Shown here: positions 19,521-28,727 of the stretch, in pieces
How the letters are laid out: each line of letters begins with the position of its first letter
How positions within the stretch are numbered: the stretch's first letter is position 1
Virus record (IMG/VR): IMGVR_UViG_2930745263_000002
Length of the DNA: 64,000 nucleotides
From: an uncultured virus (IMG/VR IMGVR_UViG_2930745263_000002)
Taxonomy: Duplodnaviria > Heunggongvirae > Uroviricota > Caudoviricetes
Reading direction: 5' to 3' (one strand)
Position numbers and translations under genes: made by a program
Notes under the pieces: generated by a model
What the model saw: the letters and a program-made list of their open reading frames with translations, nothing else
Told to the model about the DNA's origin: nothing
The model's database searches: none

Positions 19521-20365
19521 ATCGGCTGGCCTTCCTCGACGGTGGCGGTGTTGAGGTCCGGGCGCGGGATGAACATGCGCAGGCACCCGGGGTGGGCGAT
19601 GGGGTAGACCGCGGCCTCCTCGGCCGAGCGGATCGTGTTGTGCGCGCGGTCCAGTTCGGGGTGGCTGGTCCAGCCGCACTCCGGCCCGTCGGTGACCTGC
19701 ACCCAGATCGCGTCGAGGTCGGCGGTCGTCGCGGTGAGCGCGCCGGCGTTGGCGGCGGTGACGCTCTGGGCGGTGAAGGCGGCGCGGGCCCAGGACGTCG
19801 CCGGGTGGGCGGCGTCGTTGGCGTAGGTGACGGTGCCCAGGCTGTGCTGGGCGGCGAGTTCGGCCGGCGGCGGCGGTTGGGTGGAGCGGGCGGCGGCCGC
19901 GACGGCCCGGGCGAAGGCTTGGGCCCGCCGGACCACCTCGGTGAAGCGGCGGACCAGGACGGGGTAGAACGCGGCGGTCACCGTGGCCAGGACCCGCTGG
20001 TGGCTGTCGTGCCACGCGAAGACCGGGCGGACCTGGGTGGGCGTGAGCACGGCGCGGCGCATCGCCTCTTCGGCGCCGAGCCGGTAGCAGCGGGGCAGGT
20101 CGACGGCGGCCCACCGCTCGGCGAGGACGCCGGCGGCGCTGTCGAAGCGGGCGGTGGCCGCGGTGAAGTCGCGCAGGGCCGCGCGGACCGGCGGCGGGAC
20201 GGCTCCGGTCCGCAGGCGGCGGCGCTGTGCGGTGGACAGCGCGCGCACGAGGGCCTGTTGCGCGGCGAGGAGCTGCTCCCACGAGGCGGTCGTCTCGTTG
20301 ACGGCCTGGGCGGTGAGCTGGTGCAGGGCCTCGTGGTGGGGCTGAGGTACGGCGGGTGTGGTCAT
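19517..20365 (-). CDS. Minor capsid / head morphogenesis protein
   Basis: C-terminal VTDGPECGW...YPIAHPGC.R.F.P (HPxC motif). Confidence 0.7.
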   Translation of the reverse strand: MTTPAVPQPHHEALHQLTAQAVNETTASWEQLLAAQQALVRALSTAQRRRLRTGAVPPPVRAALRDFTAATARFDSAAGVLAERWAAVDLPRCYRLGAEEAMRRAVLTPTQVRPVFAWHDSHQRVLATVTAAFYPVLVRRFTEVVRRAQAFARAVAAAARSTQPPPPAELAAQHSLGTVTYANDAAHPATSWARAAFTAQSVTAANAGALTATTADLDAIWVQVTDGPECGWTSHPELDRAHNTIRSAEEAAVYPIAHPGCLRMFIPRPDLNTATVEEGQPI

Positions 20366-20688
20366 CGGCGGGGCCGTTCGCGCAGGTAGAGCACGCCGCC
20401 GCCGGTCGGGCTGTCGGGGCCGCTCTCGTCGGGGACGGGGGTGGAGGGGTCCTCGAGTTCCTCGATCTGCCGGTCGAGGGCCGCGACGTTGCCGGAGTTG
20501 TCGACGGAGACGACGCCGGAGAGGGCGACCTTCAGCGGTTGGGCGAGGAGGGTCGCGCGGCGCTCGCGCAGCACCTCGAGCGCCACGGCGCGGGCTGAGT
20601 GCAGCCGGGCGTAGCGCTGGTCGAGGTCGGTGGTGTCCGTGGCGGGGCCGAGGGTGGCCAGCAGCCAGCGGCGCAGCGTGTCGTCCAC
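20362..20688 (-). CDS. Head-tail connector-like protein
   Basis: Synteny after the capsid genes. Confidence 0.55.
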   Translation of the reverse strand: MDDTLRRWLLATLGPATDTTDLDQRYARLHSARAVALEVLRERRATLLAQPLKVALSGVVSVDNSGNVAALDRQIEELEDPSTPVPDESGPDSPTGGGVLYLRERPRR

Positions 20689-20781
20689 GGGGGCCCCAAG
20701 TCGTGGGTCGGTGGGGGGAAGGGGTCCGGTACGGGCCGGGTGAGGACGGACCCGGCCCGTACCGGACGGCGAGGGGCCGGC

Positions 20782-21066
20782 CTACTCGTCGGCCGGCTTG
20801 GTGGCCGGGCGGCGGGCGCGCGGCTTCTTCTCCACCTCGGCGGGCTCGGCCGGGGTGACCGGCTCGGTCGGCTGCGGCGAGGCCGGGTCCGGGTCGGTGG
20901 CCGGGGGCTCGGCGTCGGCGGGCTCGGGCACGTGGCCGTCCTCCCACGCCGACGGCGTCAGGATGAGCGCGGCCAGGCGCGGTTCCGGCTCTGTGCCGGC
21001 GTCGCAGGTGACCCACTGGAACGTCTCGGGGTCCTTGACGTAGACGGTGGCGACGAGTCGAGGCAT
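20782..21066 (-). CDS. Small Pro-rich protein after the capsid gene
   Basis: MPRLVATVYV... starts just after the capsid stop. Confidence 0.6.
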   Translation of the reverse strand: MPRLVATVYVKDPETFQWVTCDAGTEPEPRLAALILTPSAWEDGHVPEPADAEPPATDPDPASPQPTEPVTPAEPAEVEKKPRARRPATKPADE

Positions 21067-21068
21067 GG

Positions 21069-22130
21069 TCACCACACCCGCGCGGCGATGTGGATGTCCG
21101 GCACGTACAGCACCGGCATCGCGGCGGCGGCGACCTTGGTCCACACGTTGACCGGGTCGTCGCTGTAGCCGTGGGTGACGACGATGCCCGGGGCGTCCTT
21201 GCGCAGGATCGCCGGGTTGGTGCCGCGCGAGAGGACGAGCGACTCGGCGGTGACGCCGTACTGGGTCTCGCCCCACTGGCGGACGTTCGGCGGCACCATC
21301 AGCCACAGGTTCTCCGGCAGCACGGTGGGGTTCGTGCCGTCGGCGAGCGGGATCTGCACGTCGTAGACGACGATCGGCGGCAGGCCGTAGCGCGCCCTCA
21401 CCGCGTCGACCTCGTTGGGGGCCAGGACGGCGGTGGGGATCTGCGAGCCGAGCAGCGACCCGTAGTACGCGGCGCGGTAGCTCTTGTTGCCGGCCAGCAG
21501 CGACTTCGCCTTGAAGGAGGTGAAGATGCGGGCGGGCAGCGGCGCGCGGGCGTCGCGCAGGACCTGGATCCAGCGCATCTCGTCGGCCAGGGCGTCCGCG
21601 TCCGGGTTGGTCCACGGCACGGGGGCCGTGGGCATGTGGGCGGCGGGGACCTGGGCGTCGTACTCGATGAACAGGTTGTTCTCGCCCTGCAGGGTGAAGC
21701 GGCCGTCCGAGAGGAGGTCGCCGGCGGCCAGCTCGAGGCGGGCCTTGACCGACAGGACGTGGGCTGCGGTGTCGTCGTAGACGGCCTGGACGAGGTCGTC
21801 GGAGTTCGCGCCGCGGTCGGCGTCGAGCAGGATCTGCTCCATCTCGCCGACGATGTACTTCTGGCCGACCGGCGGGAGCTTGCCCTCGGTCTCGATCATC
21901 GTGATCTCGCGGCTCGCGACCGGGGTCGTCGCGTCCCAGGCGCGGTACTTCGCCGCCGGCACCCGGCGGTTGGTGCGCTTCACCCGCCACTTGACGGTGT
22001 TGAGCGCGATCTCCGGGAGCACGCTGCGGGTGAGTTCGTAGTCGTCCGGCGACGGGATGGCGCGGACGAAGGCGTTGATGTCGGTGGGCGTCAGGTCGCG
22101 GAGCAGGAGCTCCAGCATGTCGTCAGGCAC
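21069..22130 (-). CDS. Major capsid protein (lambda gpE-like)
   Basis: AKYRAWDA...LPP...RLELAAGDLL..G...TQYG.TAE...AAAMPVL. Confidence 0.85.
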   Translation of the reverse strand: MPDDMLELLLRDLTPTDINAFVRAIPSPDDYELTRSVLPEIALNTVKWRVKRTNRRVPAAKYRAWDATTPVASREITMIETEGKLPPVGQKYIVGEMEQILLDADRGANSDDLVQAVYDDTAAHVLSVKARLELAAGDLLSDGRFTLQGENNLFIEYDAQVPAAHMPTAPVPWTNPDADALADEMRWIQVLRDARAPLPARIFTSFKAKSLLAGNKSYRAAYYGSLLGSQIPTAVLAPNEVDAVRARYGLPPIVVYDVQIPLADGTNPTVLPENLWLMVPPNVRQWGETQYGVTAESLVLSRGTNPAILRKDAPGIVVTHGYSDDPVNVWTKVAAAAMPVLYVPDIHIAARVW

Positions 22131-22143
22131 GGGGGGCTCGCTT

Positions 22144-22554
22144 TCAGACCGCGTAGGTGACGGAGGCGGTGGTCTTGGTGACGGCCGCGGGGTCGAACGG
22201 GACGGGCAGCTTGTCCGCGTTGATCAGGCCGTGGACGCGCAGCGCGGCGCCGACGCGGGTGGAGCCCACGCCGAAGGCGGTCTCGGTGTCGAGGAAGCCG
22301 GCGAAGACCTCGTGGCCGTCGGTGGCCGCCGGGTCGTAGGGCTCGTAGAGCTTGCTGACGGCGTTCAGGGCCAGCGGCAGACCGGACTTGAAGTGCGCCT
22401 CGACGGTCTTGACGCCGCGCACCCAGTGGGTGTTCTCGGCGAACTTCGCGACGTCGAGGGTGATGGTCTGGTTGGTCTCGGTGCCGTGGGTCGACGCCAG
22501 CCAGGGGCGGCCGACCTGGAGGCGCTGTGTGGTGGTGATCGGCTGGATATCCAT
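22144..22554 (-). CDS. Head decoration protein (gpD-like)
   Basis: SGLPLA...YEPY.P.ATDG...FAGFL...HG.I..DKLP; upstream of the capsid gene. Confidence 0.75.
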   Translation of the reverse strand: MDIQPITTTQRLQVGRPWLASTHGTETNQTITLDVAKFAENTHWVRGVKTVEAHFKSGLPLALNAVSKLYEPYDPAATDGHEVFAGFLDTETAFGVGSTRVGAALRVHGLINADKLPVPFDPAAVTKTTASVTYAV

Positions 22555-22672
22555 GCCGGGGTTCCTCCCGAGGACGGAGCGCAGCGGAAATGCCGGTGCG
22601 CTGTGCGGTGCCGTCCACGGGGAGGAAGGGTGGGCGTGGTCCCAGGTGGTGCGGTGGAGCGGTGGTGCTGGG

Positions 22673-23485
22673 TCAGGCGGCGTCGTTGGCGGGGAACATC
22701 CGGGCCGCCATGGCGCGTCCGGCGTCGCCGGGCTTGCCGGCCGGGGCCTGGCGCTGCGGCGGTCCGCCGGCCGGGGAGCCGCCCGGTGCGGGCGGGGAGA
22801 CCGGTTTGCCGGGCTCGGCCGGGACGCCGAACAGCAGCGGCCGGCGCTTCTTGAGGGCCTCGGCGGCCTTGGTGACGGCGGTCTCGTCGGCGTCCGGGTC
22901 GTCGTCCAGTGCCTTGTTCAGCAGGAGCAGCGCGTCCTCGAGGTCCTGGCCAGTCGCGCCGAGGTTCACGAGCTGGGCGCTGCGGGACGCTTCCTGCAGC
23001 CGGGCCTCGGCGGCGGCCGCGGCCTTCTCGGCTGCGGCCTCCCGCGCGGCGATGGCCTGCTCCCGCTGGGTGAACTCCGCCTCGCGGCGCTGTTCGTCGG
23101 AGAGCTGGGCGTCCTTGAGCTTCTTGGCGTCGGCGAGCACCTGCTTGAGGGCGGTGGCGTCGACGCTGTCGGGGTCGAGTCCCGCTTCGGTGGCCAGGGC
23201 GCGCAGCGCTGCCTGGCGGCCCTGGTCCTTCTCGCGGGTGAGAAGCAGGTTCATGCGGCGCTGGGTGACGGTGACGGTGTCCTCGTCCTCGCCCTCGGGG
23301 CCCTCGCCCGGCTTGCGGTCGAGGACGTCCTTGGGCGTGGGGGCCGGCGCGGTCGGGTCGGGGTTCGGGGCCGGGTTCGGGTCGTCTTCGCCGGATCCGC
23401 CGGCGATGACGTGAACGGGGCGGCCGTTGACGTAGCCAACGATCGCACCGGGAACCGGACGGGGTCGCGGGGTGCTGCGGTGCAT
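22673..23485 (-). CDS. Capsid scaffolding protein
   Basis: Coiled coil with Pro/Gly-rich tail; GGAGG RBS; lies between portal and decoration genes. Confidence 0.7.
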   Translation of the reverse strand: MHRSTPRPRPVPGAIVGYVNGRPVHVIAGGSGEDDPNPAPNPDPTAPAPTPKDVLDRKPGEGPEGEDEDTVTVTQRRMNLLLTREKDQGRQAALRALATEAGLDPDSVDATALKQVLADAKKLKDAQLSDEQRREAEFTQREQAIAAREAAAEKAAAAAEARLQEASRSAQLVNLGATGQDLEDALLLLNKALDDDPDADETAVTKAAEALKKRRPLLFGVPAEPGKPVSPPAPGGSPAGGPPQRQAPAGKPGDAGRAMAARMFPANDAA

Positions 23486-23544
23486 GCGGTCGAGTCCTCC
23501 ACCGATGGGCGCCCCCGCGCCACTTACGAGTTTAGGGGTGATCT

Positions 23545-25365
23545 TCACTGCTGCTGTCCGGCGTCGCGTTCGTCGGCCGGCTCCTGGCCGTCGGGGAGGA
23601 CGGGGACGGGGACCTGTTCGGGTGCCTGGCCCTTGAGGCCGAGGTAGTCGCGTACGGCTTCCGCGTCGCCGGTGGCGTCGGCCAGCTCCCCAGCCTGGGC
23701 GAAGGCCCGGGACTGGATCCGCTCGATCTCGGCGGGGATGTCCTCGATGGGCCAGCCTCCCTCGGACAGCATGCGCAGCGCGGTCTCCAGGGAGATGAGG
23801 TTGGCCGCGTACGCGGTGGAGACCTCCTCCAGGACGCCGGCGCGGTCGGTGGGCGTGTAGGCGCCCATGACCACGGTGGCCGGCTGTACCGTCCGGCCGA
23901 CCCAGTCCGGGTGCTGACCTGCGATAAACAATCGCTGAACGAACTTGAGCATCAGCATGTACTTGTGGCGGCGGGCCAGGCGCATGCCCGCGATCAGCTT
24001 GTCGAGCGGGCCGAGGCTGAGCCGCAGGGCGTACCCGGAGGGCATCTGCGCGGGGTCCTGGGTGCCCAGCGCCACGGCGGGCAGCCGCAGGTTCACCGCC
24101 GCCCGGTCGCGCAGCGCCTCCACCGTGGTGAGGAGCTGGGCGAGCTGGGGGGCGGTGTTCAGGACGTCCATCCGGCCGCCGTCGGCGAGTTTGAAGACCA
24201 TGCCGGGGCTGGCCGCGAGGTCGGTGCGGGGGTCCTGCATCCCGGACACCGAGAGGATCGGCGAGCCGGTGGTGGCCGAGGCCCGCGCCGCGTCGGTGTC
24301 GGAGGCGGCCAGCTCGTCCATGATCTGGAGGACCCGGGCCAGGGAGGGCCGGCCCCAGTGTTCCTCCGCGGCCGGGACCGTGTTCGGCAGGTGGATGACC
24401 GGCACGAAGTCGATCATCAGGTCGAGGCCGTTGAGGACCTCGCCGTCGGCCCGCTGCGCGTACATCGCCTTGTCCAGCGGCAGGTCGTCGACGTCGCTGG
24501 TCCGCTCGAGGTCCTCCAGCAGCCACACCGCGTCGGTGAGGTAGCAGGTGTAGGGCGAGGGGGCGTCGTTCCACGGGTAGTGCCGCAGGATGGTGCCGGC
24601 CTCGTCGAGGGTGTCGCCGGGCGTGAGAAGCGGCGCGTCCGGCTCGCCGACGTAGGTGCGCACCGGCCGGCCGAGCCGGTCGGCCCCCGAGACCGTGGCC
24701 GGGGCGATCGGCCCGAGCTCGTAGGTGATCCGGCGCAGCCGTTCCTTGAGCCCGCGCTTGGGGTCCTCCGGCAGCTCCCAGCAGAAGTGGACCCGCGAGG
24801 GGAACTCGCCGCCGTCGTCGTCGAGGATCGGGAAGTACAAGCCCGGGTCCATGGCCCGTACGGTCGGGCGGCTCTTGCCCGGCTCCCAGGACAGCCGGTA
24901 GACCGCGTCGCCGAGGCTGACCGCCTTGCGCTCGCCCTGCTGCATCCGCATCGCGAGCTGCTCGTCCTCGGCCCACTGGAGCAGGTCCTCCTGCACCGCG
25001 CTGGCCTCGGCCGCCTCCGGACTGGTGTCGTCCTCGTCGGTCTCGGCGCCGTCGACCACGATGCGCTGCTCGTCGCCCAGGACGTCGGCGGTGATGGCGT
25101 CGACGAAGGTTGCCGGGTCGCCGAACTCACGGCGCTCGCGGGCCTCGGGGCCCTCGCGGATCTCCGCAAGTTCGCCGGCCTGGTTGTTGTCGTAGGCGGC
25201 CAGCACGGTGTACGCGGCCAGGCGGCGGGCGTCCTCGTCCGGCACCCAGGTGGCGTGCGCGCCGGGGAAGGCGCGGCGGTTGGGGGTGCCGAGGTGCGGG
25301 TCGGCGTACACGGGCTTGAAGTTGAGCCAGCCCCAGGCGTCGACGAGAAATTGGCGCAGGCCCAC
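23545..25365 (-). CDS. Portal protein
   Basis: 606 aa; LGDAVY, FVPVIHLPN, WGRPSL, PSGYAL, LISLETA. Confidence 0.8.
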   Translation of the reverse strand: MGLRQFLVDAWGWLNFKPVYADPHLGTPNRRAFPGAHATWVPDEDARRLAAYTVLAAYDNNQAGELAEIREGPEARERREFGDPATFVDAITADVLGDEQRIVVDGAETDEDDTSPEAAEASAVQEDLLQWAEDEQLAMRMQQGERKAVSLGDAVYRLSWEPGKSRPTVRAMDPGLYFPILDDDGGEFPSRVHFCWELPEDPKRGLKERLRRITYELGPIAPATVSGADRLGRPVRTYVGEPDAPLLTPGDTLDEAGTILRHYPWNDAPSPYTCYLTDAVWLLEDLERTSDVDDLPLDKAMYAQRADGEVLNGLDLMIDFVPVIHLPNTVPAAEEHWGRPSLARVLQIMDELAASDTDAARASATTGSPILSVSGMQDPRTDLAASPGMVFKLADGGRMDVLNTAPQLAQLLTTVEALRDRAAVNLRLPAVALGTQDPAQMPSGYALRLSLGPLDKLIAGMRLARRHKYMLMLKFVQRLFIAGQHPDWVGRTVQPATVVMGAYTPTDRAGVLEEVSTAYAANLISLETALRMLSEGGWPIEDIPAEIERIQSRAFAQAGELADATGDAEAVRDYLGLKGQAPEQVPVPVLPDGQEPADERDAGQQQ

Positions 25366-25438
25366 GTCGTCCCTCCGGACAGTCGGCCCCGCGCCGTGAT
25401 CAAGGGTATCGGCGCGGGGCCGGCCGGGCCGGAGGGCG

Positions 25439-25765
25439 TCAGGGGCGCGAGGGTGCCTTGGAGGCGGCGACCCACTCGGTCTTGCTGAGGTCGTAGTGGG
25501 TGACGCCGGCGTTGCGCTCGCCGCGGCCCTCGGCGGCGTACGCCTCGTTCCAGGCGGCGGTGTAGTCGGGGGTCGGGGTGCCGCGGCCGCCGTCCCAGCG
25601 CGGTACGTAGTGGGGGCCGGCCGGGACGGTCGTGGCGTTCAGCCGCTCGACCTCGGCCAGGAGGCGGGCGACGTCGCCGCGCAGTTGCTCGCCGTCGCGG
25701 CTCTGGTACTGCCCGGCGCGGATCTCGGCCAAGTCGGCTGCGGTGAGGGGCTGTTGCGTGGTCAT
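25439..25765 (-). CDS. Hypothetical protein driven by the bidirectional box
   Basis: MTTQQPLT...DVARLLAEVERL; GGGAG RBS. Confidence 0.65.
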   Translation of the reverse strand: MTTQQPLTAADLAEIRAGQYQSRDGEQLRGDVARLLAEVERLNATTVPAGPHYVPRWDGGRGTPTPDYTAAWNEAYAAEGRGERNAGVTHYDLSKTEWVAASKAPSRP

Positions 25766-25796
25766 CGCGATCTCCCTGTTTCGGTGGGCTGCATCG

Positions 25797-25833
25797 CTTC
25801 CCACTATACAACAGTGCGTTGTATAGTGGGAAG
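25797..25833. promoter_or_regulatory. TACAAC-box copy 1, fully palindromic (bidirectional)
   Basis: CTTCCCACTATACAAC agtgc GTTGTATAGTGGGAAG: perfect 16-bp arms. Confidence 0.8.
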
Positions 25834-25842
25834 GAGCCAAAG

Positions 25843-25863
25843 AACAACGCAACGTTGTATAGT
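25843..25863 (+). promoter_or_regulatory. TACAAC-box copy 2 (variant without CTTCC)
   Basis: AACAAC gcaac GTTGTA TAGT. Confidence 0.65.
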
Positions 25864-25907
25864 CAGCGCCGGAGAGGTGGCTCACCCCCGGCACAGGAGG
25901 AGGAATC

Positions 25908-26114
25908 GTGTCCGAGGCACCCCAGTACCCCGACGTGGAAGTGCGGCTCAGCGGCGAGGACGGCAACGTCTACAGCGTGATCGGGCGCATCCAGGAGGCG
26001 CTGCGCCGGGCCGGTCACCGCGAGGCGGCCACCGAGTTCACCCAGGCCGCCCGCAGCTCCGGGTCGTACGACGAGGTGCTCCAGCTCGCCATGCGCACCG
26101 TGGATGTGAGCTGA
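25908..26114 (+). CDS. Small conserved phage protein (DGNxF/Y motif)
   Basis: LSGEDGNVYSVIGRIQEALRRAG...SGSYDEVL; AGGAGG RBS. Confidence 0.75.
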   Translation: MSEAPQYPDVEVRLSGEDGNVYSVIGRIQEALRRAGHREAATEFTQAARSSGSYDEVLQLAMRTVDVS

Positions 26115-26198
26115 CCTCTCCACCCCTACGGTGCGGCCCGCCTCGAGGTAAGCGAGGCGGGCCGCACGCCATCGTCCCAGACACGGAAGGCCCCGACC

Positions 26199-26420
26199 AT
26201 GACCGCGAAGCCGCAGGAACTGTGGGATTACAAGAAGATCGCCGAGGAGACCGGCCTGAGCGTGGGCACGCTGCGGCGGTACAAGAAGACCGGCCACATG
26301 CCCGCGCCGGACGAGCAGCCGGCCCCGGACCGGCCTCGCTGGTACCCGGAGACCATCACGACGTGGATGGCGACCCGCCCGGGGCGCGGCACCCGCACCG
26401 ACCTGAAGGGCGAGCAGTAG
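26199..26420 (+). CDS. AlpA/MerR-like small HTH DNA-binding protein
   Basis: KKIAEETGLSVGTLRRY...MPAPD...PRWYPETITTW..TRPGRG. Confidence 0.75.
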   Translation: MTAKPQELWDYKKIAEETGLSVGTLRRYKKTGHMPAPDEQPAPDRPRWYPETITTWMATRPGRGTRTDLKGEQ

Positions 26421-26486
26421 CCCGCCCCGCTCCCCCGCCGACACCGCGCCCCCCGCTCGCCGCAGCCGGGGGCGCGCGGCGTTTCC

Positions 26487-26590
26487 GGGGCCGGCCGAAC
26501 CGGGCCGAAGAAGATCGCTAACGCCCTTCCATCCTTACAACGTCGCGTTGTATAGTTGATCTCGAAGGGGCGGGCACCGGCCCGGACCGG
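26487..26590 (+). repeat. ~104-bp intergenic linker repeat A, copy 1 (copy 2 at 30226-30330)
   Basis: GGGGCCGGCCGAACCGG...box...TTGATCTCGAAGGGGCGGGCACC...GGCCCGGACCGG shared by both copies. Confidence 0.85.
26526..26556 (+). promoter_or_regulatory. TACAAC-box copy 3
   Basis: CTTCC atcct TACAAC gtcgc GTTGTA TAGT. Confidence 0.8.
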
Positions 26591-26610
26591 AGACACCGAG
26601 GGAGCACCAC

Positions 26611-26817
26611 ATGAACGAGATGACCGTCGCCGACCTGATCGAGCTGCTGGAGCGGCTGGACCCGGAGGCGAAGGTACGGGCGGCGACCCAGCCCAACTGG
26701 CCCTTCGAGTACCGCATCGGCCAGGTCGCCGAGACCGACGGGACCGTCTGGATCGCGGTGGAGGACCAGGTCGGCTACCTGCCCGGCGACGCGCAGGAGG
26801 CGCTCGGCTGGGGCTGA
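26611..26817 (+). CDS. Hypothetical protein
   Basis: MTVADLIELLE..DPEA.V..ATQPNWPFEY; GGGAG RBS. Confidence 0.75.
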   Translation: MNEMTVADLIELLERLDPEAKVRAATQPNWPFEYRIGQVAETDGTVWIAVEDQVGYLPGDAQEALGWG

Positions 26818-26899
26818 CCGGCACGAGCCAGGCGGCCCGCCCTGAGGTAAGCGGGGCGGGCCGCCGCCCCCCGACCACCGACACACAGGAGGCAACGAG

Positions 26900-27115
26900 A
26901 TGTACGACCGCGGAGACCGCGTGGAGCTGGTGGCCACCACCGACCCGCACACGGCCCTAGTGCCCGGCGACCAGGGAACGGTGCGGGCGCTGCACCCGGC
27001 GGGCGCCCTGGGCGGACGCCGCCTCGACGTGACCTGGGACTCCGGATCGCGCCTGACGCTGCTCCTCGACGAGGGCGACGAGGTGCGCCCGGCGCAGCCG
27101 GCACCCCGGCCCTGA
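26900..27115 (+). CDS. DUF4314-like protein
   Basis: GDRVELV.T.DP.T.L.PGD.GTV...V.WDSGS.L; AGGAGG RBS. Confidence 0.75.
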   Translation: MYDRGDRVELVATTDPHTALVPGDQGTVRALHPAGALGGRRLDVTWDSGSRLTLLLDEGDEVRPAQPAPRP

Positions 27116-27141
27116 CCCGGACGAAACAAGATCGCTAAAGC

Positions 27142-27180
27142 CCTTCCAACCTTACAACGTGACGTTGTAAGGTTGGAAGG
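27142..27180. promoter_or_regulatory. TACAAC-box copy 4, fully palindromic
   Basis: CCTTCCAACCTTACAAC gtgac GTTGTAAGGTTGGAAGG: perfect 17-bp arms. Confidence 0.8.
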
Positions 27181-27218
27181 AGAGGCCGGGCCACCGGCCG
27201 CGAGGGGAGGAACCCACG

Positions 27219-27713
27219 ATGTTCACGGTCAGCCTGAACCTGAACCACTACGGCCTACCGGCCAACGACCCGCTGACGATCCACGGAGTCGGCACCTGGG
27301 TGCACGGCACGACCAGCATCCGGTACTCCTTCCACGACCCGGCCATCCACTTCCCCGACTCCGACTGCCCGGTCACCGGGGTCCTGCTGATCGACAAGTA
27401 CATCGACCCGGTCTACCGGGACGACCCCGCCTCGTACGACTTCGACGACGAGCCTGCACTCTCGGTCAGCCTCGGCGACCCGAAGGCCGACGACGTACAC
27501 GACCAGATGGTGGAGGTCGGGGACTGGGGCCTCACCGGCTACGTGGTCTGCAGCGACCTGTACCTCAACCCGGGCCCGCACCCCGACCACCCCGACCGGT
27601 ACCCCTTCGGCGTCGGGGTCGGGCTCGACGCGCCGACCTACTTCGTGGCCTCCAGCCTGCTGCGGGCCGCCGCCGACGACTACGTACGGCGGTGGAAGAC
27701 CACCAACGTCTGA
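27219..27713 (+). CDS. Hypothetical acidic protein
   Basis: GGAGG RBS; high GC3 frame. Confidence 0.7.
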   Translation: MFTVSLNLNHYGLPANDPLTIHGVGTWVHGTTSIRYSFHDPAIHFPDSDCPVTGVLLIDKYIDPVYRDDPASYDFDDEPALSVSLGDPKADDVHDQMVEVGDWGLTGYVVCSDLYLNPGPHPDHPDRYPFGVGVGLDAPTYFVASSLLRAAADDYVRRWKTTNV

Positions 27714-27780
27714 CCCTGCGCCCCGGCTTCACCGCCGGGGCGCAGCCCGCGCCCCGGCCCCCTCGACGAAAGGTTCCGCA

Positions 27781-28197
27781 ATGCCCATGACCTTCGAGCA
27801 GGTCACCCCCGACACCCGCGTCACCTGCCACTCGCGCGGCGGCATCAAGGGGACCGTCCTCAGCAAGAGCGAGAAGGGGTTCGACGACCGGCCCGTCGTT
27901 TTCATCCTCTTCGACGGCGGCGCTTGCGCCTGGAACTGGGCCGAGCAGCTCTCGCCGCTGGACGAGCCGGTCCCGGCCCCCCGGCTCATGCGGAGCGGCA
28001 CCCGGGGCGTCTCGGAGTTCTACAAGGGCGGGCTGCGGTACCAGGTGTTCAACCCGGCGGCGGGGGCCAGGGGGTACTGGCAGGTCTCCCTCGCGCACGA
28101 CGGGACCGGCCCGACCCGGGGCGGCGTGGTGGTGAGCCGGTGCAGTACGCGCAAGGCGGCCTTCGAGGCTGCCCTCGCGAAGCTCGCCGCGAGCTGA
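27781..28197 (+). CDS. Hypothetical protein
   Basis: GAAAGG RBS; high GC3 frame. Confidence 0.65.
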   Translation: MPMTFEQVTPDTRVTCHSRGGIKGTVLSKSEKGFDDRPVVFILFDGGACAWNWAEQLSPLDEPVPAPRLMRSGTRGVSEFYKGGLRYQVFNPAAGARGYWQVSLAHDGTGPTRGGVVVSRCSTRKAAFEAALAKLAAS

Positions 28198-28317
28198 CCG
28201 GGCAGGCGCCCGCCCCTGCGCCCCGGCCCTGCAGCCGGGGCGCAGCCCGTGCCGGCCCCCGCGTACGGGCGCTCCCCCGGGCCCTTCCTCTTCTTCTTCG
28301 GAAGATCGGCGTCACGA

Positions 28318-28348
28318 CTTCCGACTTTACAACGCCGCGTTGTATAGT
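28318..28348 (+). promoter_or_regulatory. TACAAC-box copy 5
   Basis: CTTCC gactt TACAAC gccgc GTTGTA TAGT. Confidence 0.8.
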
Positions 28349-28393
28349 TGGGGTGCAAGGACGGACCGGCAAGCACACACGGAGGAGCAGGAC

Positions 28394-28648
28394 ATGGAGA
28401 TCGACCAGGCCACCACGGACCAGGTCTTCGAGGACGCCCTCGCGGCGGTCTTCCAGGACACCGACCTCGGCAAGGTGGCCTACGTGGGGCTCGGCGACTA
28501 CGCCTACCGGGTCATCGCGGGGGGCGACTACGTCGCCTGCATCGACGGCCGCCAGGGCAACGGCGGCATGGAGTACATCTTCGCCAACGCCACCGCCGAG
28601 CAGGACCGGGCGCTGCGCGAGGTGATCGCCGCCCAGGCCGCCAAGTAG
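28394..28648 (+). CDS. Hypothetical protein
   Basis: MEIDQATT...; GGAGGAG RBS. Confidence 0.7.
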   Translation: MEIDQATTDQVFEDALAAVFQDTDLGKVAYVGLGDYAYRVIAGGDYVACIDGRQGNGGMEYIFANATAEQDRALREVIAAQAAK

Positions 28649-28727
28649 CGGGGCGCGGAGGGGGCTTGCCCTGGGGCAAGCACGGCAAGCCCCCTCGCCC
28701 GCCCGACCCACCGACGAGGAGAACCCC

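Noticed and set aside
23915..23945. AT-rich palindrome GCGAT-AAACA-ATCGC inside the portal gene
   Set aside because: Single occurrence and compatible with the coding sequence; not enough to call a site.
27142..27180. Palindrome as a protelomerase (telRL) site
   Set aside because: No protelomerase is seen, and the sequence is explained as a symmetric copy of the 13-member box.
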